The notes beneath the pieces were generated by a model. That model made no database searches and was not told where the DNA came from. It saw nothing but the letters and a program-made list of their open reading frames with translations. Positions 10,044 to 15,792 of a DNA stretch of 15,792 bases are shown here, piece by piece. A program made the translations under genes and the position numbers. The first letter of the stretch is position 1. Each line of letters opens with the position of its first letter. Origin of the DNA: a virus; the UHGV virus genome UHGV-1805464. One strand, given 5' to 3'.

Positions 10044-10498
10044 TGATTACATTCAAACCAACGCGAAACATCGACCTGATCGAAGCAGTAGGAAATCACC
10101 CTGACATCATCGCCGGGAGCAACAACGGTGATGGATACGACTACAAACCTGATTGCCGTTACTTTGAGGTGAACGTGCACGGTCAGTTTGGCGGCATTGT
10201 TTACTATCAGGAGATTCAGCCGCTGACATTCGATTGCCACGCCATGTACCTGCCAGAGATTCGCGGATTCAGCAAGGAAATCGGGCTGGCGTTCTGGCGA
10301 TACATTCTGACTAACACCACCGTTCAGTGCGTCACATCGTTCGCCGCACGCAAATTCCGCCACGGGCAGATTTACTGCGCAATGATTGGCCTTAAGCGTG
10401 TCGGAACCATCAAGAAATACTTCAAAGGCGTGGATGACGTGACTTTTTACAGCGCCACACGCGAAGAACTAATCGACTTCCTGAATCACGGGAGATAG
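10043..10498 (+). CDS. gene 14-position protein (putative DNA-ejection/assembly accessory protein)
   Basis: 151-aa ORF translationally coupled to gp26 (TGATG overlap) and ending 2 nt before gp7. It sits where gene 14 lies in P22-like phages. I could not confirm sequence similarity from memory, so the call rests on position. Confidence 0.6.
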   Translation: MITFKPTRNIDLIEAVGNHPDIIAGSNNGDGYDYKPDCRYFEVNVHGQFGGIVYYQEIQPLTFDCHAMYLPEIRGFSKEIGLAFWRYILTNTTVQCVTSFAARKFRHGQIYCAMIGLKRVGTIKKYFKGVDDVTFYSATREELIDFLNHGR

Positions 10499-10500
10499 CC

Positions 10501-11193
10501 ATGTTATATGCATTTAAGCTGGGCAGAAAACTGCGCGGCGAGGAACCTTATTGCCCTGAAAAAGGCGGGAAAGGTGGCAGCTCTGATAAAAGCGCAAAGT
10601 ATGCAGCAGAAGCTCAGAAGTATGCCGCAGACCTGCAAAATCAGCAGTGGCAGACGATCATGAAAAACCTTGCTCCGTTCACGCCGCTTGCGGAGCAGTA
10701 TGTTAACCAGCTTCAGAATCTTTCCAGTTTAGAAGGTCAGGGGCAGGCACTTAATCAGTATTACAATTCTCAGCAGTATAAAGACCTTGCAGGTCAGGCG
10801 CGTTACCAGAGTCTTGCTGCTGCGGAGGCGACGGGTGGACTTGGTTCGACAGCCACAAGCAATCAACTGGCTACGATCGCGCCGACTCTCGGTCAGTCTT
10901 GGTTATCAAACCAGATGAGCAATTACAACAATCTGGCAAACGTTGGGCTTGGTGCGCTGCAAGGTCAGGCAAACGCTGGGCAGACATACGCCAACAACAT
11001 GAGCAGCATTGCACAGCAAAGCGCAGCACTTGCCGCTGCTAATGCCAATAAACCATCAAGTCTTCAGACTGCAATTGGCGGTGGCACGTCTGGTGCGATT
11101 GCCGGTGCAGGTCTTGCCAGCCTTTTGGGAACATCAACGCCTTGGGGCGCTGGCATTGGTGCTGGTATCGGATTGCTTGGCTCGTTGTTTTAA
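10501..11193 (+). CDS. ejection (internal virion / DNA-transfer) protein, P22 gp7-like
   Basis: 230 aa (P22 gp7 is 229 aa). MLYAF.LGRKLRGEEP N-terminus and a Gly/Ala-rich hydrophobic C-terminal segment (GAIAGAGLASLLG...GIGAGIGLLGSLF). GGGAG Shine-Dalgarno with 7-nt spacing. Position matches P22 synteny. Confidence 0.8.
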   Translation: MLYAFKLGRKLRGEEPYCPEKGGKGGSSDKSAKYAAEAQKYAADLQNQQWQTIMKNLAPFTPLAEQYVNQLQNLSSLEGQGQALNQYYNSQQYKDLAGQARYQSLAAAEATGGLGSTATSNQLATIAPTLGQSWLSNQMSNYNNLANVGLGALQGQANAGQTYANNMSSIAQQSAALAAANANKPSSLQTAIGGGTSGAIAGAGLASLLGTSTPWGAGIGAGIGLLGSLF

Positions 11194-11202
11194 GGGGTAA
11201 TC

Positions 11203-12558
11203 ATGGCTACTTGGCAAGGAACAAACGGCGGATTGTTGGCTGGTATCGGCGGCGTAAACTCAAACGCTCCGAGCGTAAATGACATCGGCAATACGCTTCA
11301 GCTTATCAGGCAGAACAATGATATTGAGCGTTCAGGCGCTAACAATGTTGGGCTGACTGCTTTGCAAGGTCTTTCAGGTATTGCGGGTGTTTTTCAGCAG
11401 GAAAAGCAGGCTCAGCGGCAGAAAGAATTTCAGCAGGCGTACGCTAATGCTTATGCGTCTGGTGATCGCGGTGCTTTGCGTCAGTTGGCTACTCAATATC
11501 CAGACCAGATTGAATCCGTTCGTAAAGGCATGGGATTCATTGATGAAGAGCAGCGTAATTCTATCGGCACCTTAGCGGCTGGCGCACGCCTTGCGTCATC
11601 GTCTCCAGAAGCAATGCAATCATGGCTGCAAAACAACGCCAAGGAACTGACTCGCGTCGGTGTTGACCCTAATAACGTTGCTCAGATGTATCAGCAGAAC
11701 CCTTCAGGGTTTGGTGAGTTTGTTGATCACCTTGGGATGGCTGCTCTCGGTCCGATTGACTACTTCAATGTTCAGGACAAGATGGCTGGTCGTGAGATTG
11801 ACCGAGGCAGGCTGGCAGAGACAATCCGCAGCAATCAGGCCGGAGAGGCGCTAACAGCACGAGGTCAGAACATCACGATGCGCGGGCAGGATTTGGCAAT
11901 GCAGCGAGCGTCAACAAGAGGAACTGCTGGGAATGATGAGCGTACAGTTCAGTTATCAGATGGCAGAACTGTAACTGTCGGCGGGAAGCTTCATGGCGCT
12001 GGGGCTAATGCGTTCTACGAAGGCATCGACAACGAGGGGAATATGGTTCGCGTTCCTGCCAGTTCAATCGCAGCGCCTGCAACATCGTCTGCATCAGCAC
12101 AAAACTATGCCATGAAGAAGGATATCGACGCGATCGCAAATGCAGACGCTTCTGCTCTCGATTTCATGACAGGAATGACAGGCGGTGCAGGTAATCCAGC
12201 AATTGGTGCTGATGTTCGCAGCCGATTAACAGGAAAAGAGCAGCGCCAGTTATATAACTCAGCACAACGGATTCAGGGCAGAATGCAGAATCAGGGTGTG
12301 GCGGCAGCAAGGGACATGGGTGCCAGTGGTATTAACACTGTTGCAGAAGCGAAGATGTATTTTCAGGGGATGCCGCAGGTTGACTATTCAAGCCCGGAGG
12401 CTATGCAGCAGTCGATTCGTGAGATTCAGGAATACACCAACAATTACAACCAACAATATAACGTTAATGTTGGTAAATCTCAGCGGCATCAATCTCAACC
12501 TGCACAGGTATCACAGCCAGCAGCCAGCAGTAACTTTTCTTCACTATGGGGTGATTAA
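11203..12558 (+). CDS. ejection protein, P22 gp20-like
   Basis: 451 aa (P22 gp20 is about 471 aa). AAGGGG Shine-Dalgarno 5 nt upstream of the ATG. It sits between the gp7-like and gp16-like genes; stop overlaps the gp16 start (TAATG). Confidence 0.75.
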   Translation: MATWQGTNGGLLAGIGGVNSNAPSVNDIGNTLQLIRQNNDIERSGANNVGLTALQGLSGIAGVFQQEKQAQRQKEFQQAYANAYASGDRGALRQLATQYPDQIESVRKGMGFIDEEQRNSIGTLAAGARLASSSPEAMQSWLQNNAKELTRVGVDPNNVAQMYQQNPSGFGEFVDHLGMAALGPIDYFNVQDKMAGREIDRGRLAETIRSNQAGEALTARGQNITMRGQDLAMQRASTRGTAGNDERTVQLSDGRTVTVGGKLHGAGANAFYEGIDNEGNMVRVPASSIAAPATSSASAQNYAMKKDIDAIANADASALDFMTGMTGGAGNPAIGADVRSRLTGKEQRQLYNSAQRIQGRMQNQGVAAARDMGASGINTVAEAKMYFQGMPQVDYSSPEAMQQSIREIQEYTNNYNQQYNVNVGKSQRHQSQPAQVSQPAASSNFSSLWGD

Positions 12559-14555
12559 TGGCTAAAGCATGGAAAGATGTTATCGCCTCTCCACAGTATC
12601 AGGCGTTAGCACCAGAACAAAAAGCGCAGGCTCAGGAGCAATACTTCAATGAAGTCGTGGCCCCGCAAGCCGGAGAAAATGCAGAGCAGGCTAAGCAAGC
12701 TTTCTATGCTACCTATCCATTGCCATCTGTGCAGCCAGTGGAGACACAACAACCAGAAGCACAGCAACAACCACAGCAAAGTGGGTTTATGTCTGATCTT
12801 GGTGAAGCAGTAAAAGAGACTGGTCGTGGACTGGTGCAGGCTGGCGTGAACGTGGCAAACATACCTGCATCAGTTGCCGATGCTGTAACAAGCGCGGCGG
12901 CATGGGCTGGCGGTAAACTCGGCATTGGCGATGGTACATATCAACCAGCGCCACGAGTAACAACGCAGGGGTTAGAGCAGGACTTTGGTCTTCAGCAAGG
13001 CGCGCTCACTCCACAAACGACAGAGGGAAGGGTATTTGCTGAAGCATTGCCTTACCTCACTCCTGCTGGCGTTGAGAGAGCGGCAGCACAGGCACCAACA
13101 CTTGCTGGTCGAATTGCTCAGGGGGCAACACGACTTCTCGCAGAAAACGCAGTTGGATCACTTGCTGCAAATAGTGCGAAAGATGATGCGGAAGCACTCG
13201 CCACCGATTTAGGCGTTGGTGTGCTGGCTGGCGGTGCTATTAACGCTGCCGGACGTGGATTAGGTGCTGCTTATCGTGGCGTTCGTGGTGCTATTGCGCC
13301 AGAAGCGCAGCAGGCTATCAGATTTGCAGAGCGTGAAGGAGTTCCTCTGCACACCACAGACCTGTTACAGCCTACTTCCCGCGTCGGGAAAATGGCGCAG
13401 ACTACAGCAGAAAATATCCCCCTGGCTGGCACAAGCGGAATGAGAGCAACGCAACAGGAAGCGAGAAGCCAGTTGGTGCAGAGATTTGCTGATAAATTCG
13501 GTGAGTATGATCCAGCTGTTGTTATTGACAGCCTTAAAGCGAAAACATCAGGAATTCGTCGTGCTGCAGGGAACCGTCTTGAGCAGGTTCAGAATGCTAT
13601 GGCTGGAGTAAACATTCAGCCTGCGCGAGCAATTCAGCAGATTGATACAGAAATATCTAACCTGCAGAAGCTTGGTAAGGTTGCTGATAACGAGACTATT
13701 TCAAAACTTCAGTCATATCGTGATGAGCTTGTTCGCAATGCTGGTCCTGATGGTCCGGTAAATCTGGATCTGAAGCAATTAAGCGACCTGCGCAGCCAGT
13801 TCAGAATGGACGTGAAGGGTGAGCGACCAGTGTTACCAAACCGTTCCGATGCCGCCATTCAGCGCGTTTACAAGGCGATGACAGACGATATCAATGGTGC
13901 CATTGGTCAGAATCTTGGCAACGATACTCTCCGTAAATATCAGCAGGCCAATGCCGTCTACGCTGACGAAGCGGCGAAACTAAAGAATACCAGGCTGAAG
14001 AATGTTCTCATGAAAGGCGACCTGACGCCGGAAGTTGTCAACAACATACTATTCAGCAAGAACAAATCTGAAATTAAGGCTCTGTATAACTCAGTTGGTC
14101 GTGTTGGTAGGGTGCAAATGCGCAATGGCATCATTGGAAAGGCGATGGAGAAATCAGGTGGTTCCCCTGACCAGTTCCTTCGGCAGCTTAACATCATGCA
14201 AAACCAGACTGGAATAATATTTAAGGGGCAGGATGCTGCTTATCTGAAAGGATTGAAAAACTACCTGCAATCCACGCAGCAGGCTGCAAAATCGGCAGTA
14301 ACAACACCAACAGGGCAGCAAACCATCCCGTTCATTATCGGATATGGGACGGCAATGAACCCGGCGACAACTGGCGCAGCGGTAAGCTACGGACTTCTTA
14401 CTCGCGCCTATGAGAGCGAGCCATTCAGAAATGCAATGCTCCGAATGGCAAACACCCCACGCGGATCAACAGCGTTTGAGAAAGCCATGCAGCAGGCGCA
14501 AAAGGCCATTAACGCCCTGACTCAAGGTGCCAAGTCTGATGCGTTGTCAGAATAG
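12558..14555 (+). CDS. ejection protein, P22 gp16-like
   Basis: 665 aa, the last large gene of the structural block before the immI-like region (P22 gp16 is about 609 aa). GGGGTGA Shine-Dalgarno upstream. The call rests on synteny and size; ejection proteins are known to be variable. Confidence 0.75.
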   Translation: MAKAWKDVIASPQYQALAPEQKAQAQEQYFNEVVAPQAGENAEQAKQAFYATYPLPSVQPVETQQPEAQQQPQQSGFMSDLGEAVKETGRGLVQAGVNVANIPASVADAVTSAAAWAGGKLGIGDGTYQPAPRVTTQGLEQDFGLQQGALTPQTTEGRVFAEALPYLTPAGVERAAAQAPTLAGRIAQGATRLLAENAVGSLAANSAKDDAEALATDLGVGVLAGGAINAAGRGLGAAYRGVRGAIAPEAQQAIRFAEREGVPLHTTDLLQPTSRVGKMAQTTAENIPLAGTSGMRATQQEARSQLVQRFADKFGEYDPAVVIDSLKAKTSGIRRAAGNRLEQVQNAMAGVNIQPARAIQQIDTEISNLQKLGKVADNETISKLQSYRDELVRNAGPDGPVNLDLKQLSDLRSQFRMDVKGERPVLPNRSDAAIQRVYKAMTDDINGAIGQNLGNDTLRKYQQANAVYADEAAKLKNTRLKNVLMKGDLTPEVVNNILFSKNKSEIKALYNSVGRVGRVQMRNGIIGKAMEKSGGSPDQFLRQLNIMQNQTGIIFKGQDAAYLKGLKNYLQSTQQAAKSAVTTPTGQQTIPFIIGYGTAMNPATTGAAVSYGLLTRAYESEPFRNAMLRMANTPRGSTAFEKAMQQAQKAINALTQGAKSDALSE

Positions 14556-14624
14556 CTTCGCAAACACCAGGAACGTGCAAAAACCAAATATGTAGAACGC
14601 AATATTCAGCATATCTCTTTGCAT
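14547..14624 (-). CDS. possible 25-aa hydrophobic membrane peptide (MQRDMLNIAFYIFGFCTFLVFAKLF)
   Basis: Minus-strand ATG at 14624-14622 is preceded by a strong GGAGGA Shine-Dalgarno (14633-14628); stop TGA is at 14549-14547. It lies 20 nt downstream of mnt on the same strand, and its last 9 nt overlap the gp16 3' end convergently. It is too short for the ORF track, so it is predicted only from a manual read. Confidence 0.25.
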   Translation of the reverse strand: MQRDMLNIAFYIFGFCTFLVFAKLF

Positions 14625-14644
14625 AAATCCTCCGTAACTGATAG

Positions 14645-14905
14645 TTAGCTGCTGTCTTTTTTATATAGCTCCTTGAGCGTATCAAAGACAATTTTCTTAA
14701 CCATCTCAGATTGTTGTTCTGCCATACGCTCTGCATCGTCAATGTAAACAGATGCAGAGCTTTGTTTAGCCAATGATTCTTCAATCGCTGCAATTATCTC
14801 TGAGTTCAGCGACCTGTTATTCATCTTCGCACGCTGTTTAATTTTCGCGTGAAGTTCATGCGGAAGTCTCAAGTGAAACTGCGCCTCGTCGTATTTGCTG
14901 TACAT
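14645..14905 (-). CDS. mnt: Mnt-like ribbon-helix-helix repressor (Arc/MetJ family)
   Basis: 86 aa from the minus-strand ATG at 14905-14903: MYSKYDEAQFHLRLPHELHAKIKQRAKMNNRSLNSEIIAAIEESL...DAERMAEQQSEMVKKIVFDTLKELYKKDSS. The C-terminal half closely matches recalled P22 Mnt (DAERLADEQSELVKKMVFDTLKDLYKK) and the N-terminal RHH segment is related. The 219-aa ORF-track call is an artefactual upstream extension. Confidence 0.85.
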   Translation of the reverse strand: MYSKYDEAQFHLRLPHELHAKIKQRAKMNNRSLNSEIIAAIEESLAKQSSASVYIDDAERMAEQQSEMVKKIVFDTLKELYKKDSS

Positions 14906-15040
14906 CCTTGATGCCTCACCAGTTGGGTGGAATGGCATCGTAAAACCTACTGTACAAATCAACAATCGCACCGTTTCGGTATGTAACAAATTCCAACCGT
15001 AGCCATGCTGCGGCGATTCCTTGTATCTGGAGCAAATTAA
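14906..15040. promoter_or_regulatory. divergent control region between mnt and the tailspike gene (candidate promoters and Mnt operator)
   Basis: 135-bp AT-richer intergenic spacer between the divergent mnt (-) and tailspike (+) starts. It contains an imperfect inverted repeat, CACCAGTTGGGTG, at about 14917-14929 next to the mnt start. GGAG (15025-15028) lies about 12 nt upstream of the tailspike ATG. No promoter hexamers could be assigned confidently. Confidence 0.35.
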
Positions 15041-15679
15041 ATGACAGACATTACAGCCAATGTGATTGTATCTATGCCTTCGCAACTCTTCACTATGGCT
15101 CGTTCTTTTAAAGCCGTAGCCAATGGAAAAATTTATATCGGTAAAATTGACACTGACCCGGTAAATCCTGAAAACCAGATTCGGGTTTATGTGGAAAACG
15201 AAGACGGTTCTCACGTTCCTGTTTCGCAACCAATTATCATTAACGCTGCTGGTTATCCTGTATATAACGGGCAGATTGCCAAGTTCGTAACTGTGCAAGG
15301 CCATTCTATGGCTGTTTATGATGCATACGGTGCTCAGCAGTTTTATTTTCCGAATGTTCTGAAGTACGATCCTGACAGATTGCGACAGGATTTAGCGCTT
15401 CCAACAGGCGCTGAGCTTGTAGGCGTGCAACCACAAGGAAATCTTTCGCAAGTCATTCAGTTTGTATCTCCAGAGCAGTTTGGCGCCATCGGAGATGGTA
15501 CGGTTCATCCATTATCTGAGCGTTATGCGACTCTTGCAGCAGCGCAGGCTGTATACCCATTCGTAACATCTCTGACCCAGACAATTGACTGGGCTGCATG
15601 CCAGTTGGCAGAAAACCTTAACAGGAAGGTTAGGCCCATTCATGTTGCCAAGTTTAAAAAATATCACCTTGGTGACTAA
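15041..15679 (+). CDS. tailspike protein, truncated: P22 gp9-type head-binding N-terminal domain plus the start of a receptor-binding domain (212 aa)
   Basis: [11 protein letters not shown]...[27 protein letters not shown]...VENEDGSHV...IINAAG...[13 protein letters not shown]...NVLKYDPD matches the recalled P22 tailspike N-terminal domain. Residues around 150-195 ([29 protein letters not shown]...IDWAACQ) look like the beginning of a beta-helix receptor-binding domain, but the frame stops at TAA 15677-15679. Confidence 0.8.
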   Translation: MTDITANVIVSMPSQLFTMARSFKAVANGKIYIGKIDTDPVNPENQIRVYVENEDGSHVPVSQPIIINAAGYPVYNGQIAKFVTVQGHSMAVYDAYGAQQFYFPNVLKYDPDRLRQDLALPTGAELVGVQPQGNLSQVIQFVSPEQFGAIGDGTVHPLSERYATLAAAQAVYPFVTSLTQTIDWAACQLAENLNRKVRPIHVAKFKKYHLGD

Positions 15680-15681
15680 TG

Positions 15682-15713
15682 CCAGTCAGTTAAGCAACTG
15701 ACTGGCTCTTTTT
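15682..15713 (+). terminator. strong intrinsic terminator 2 nt after the tailspike stop
   Basis: Perfect 10-bp stem CCAGTCAGTT (15682-15691) / AACTGACTGG (15696-15705) with a 4-nt loop AAGC, followed by CTC and a T5 run (15709-15713). Confidence 0.8.
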
Positions 15714-15792
15714 CGGGGCTGTGGGGTATTTCCAGGGCCTCTCCTTTACCACTCTCGGGAAGGCCCTTTCCCTTCTTGTCGGTAATTTCACA

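Noticed and set aside
9857-10363. 168-aa minus-strand ORF
   Set aside because: It is antisense to the well-supported gp26 and gp14-slot genes, has no Shine-Dalgarno, and its Cys/Val-rich composition is typical of a shadow ORF.
11009-12565. Short + strand ORFs overlapping gp7, gp20 and gp16 in other frames (11009-11200, 11381-11575, 11660-11854, 12296-12565)
   Set aside because: They are out-of-frame overlaps within supported genes and have no independent translation signals.
14645-15304. 219-aa minus-strand ORF in the track
   Set aside because: Only the last 86 codons (14645-14905) are the Mnt homologue. The upstream 133 codons read antisense through the intergenic spacer and the tailspike 5' end and have no protein-like character.
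1-15792. CRISPR arrays, tRNA or rRNA genes, IS elements or transposases, integrase or att site
   Set aside because: I saw no spaced direct repeats, no tRNA-like cloverleaf candidates (the 518-540 hairpin has a 7-bp stem and 9-nt loop, unlike a T-arm), no terminal inverted repeats and no recombinase-like ORF.

Overview
This window is a nearly contiguous late (morphogenesis) operon of a P22-like short-tailed phage or prophage of an enterobacterial host, read almost entirely on the + strand. Calls rest on reading the supplied ORF translations, synteny and recalled P22 protein sequences; no database search was run. Gene order is: 3' end of a Rha/antirepressor-like gene, a small 80-aa ORF, small and large terminase, portal, scaffold, coat, a small acidic-repeat ORF, gp4, gp10, gp26 tail needle, a gp14-position ORF, three ejection proteins (gp7/gp20/gp16), a minimal immI-like region with a minus-strand mnt repressor, and a tailspike gene that stops after about 212 codons. 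Most of the window is ordinary conserved structural genes with tight translational coupling. The parts worth a second look are the truncated tailspike followed by a strong terminator, the reduced immI region (orphan mnt plus a possible 25-aa hydrophobic peptide, no arc/ant/sieA), the small ORF with an in-frame hexanucleotide repeat between coat and gp4, and a structured 300-bp non-coding stretch upstream of the terminase module. I found no CRISPR array, tRNA, rRNA, IS element or integrase, and no clear multi-gene novel system.
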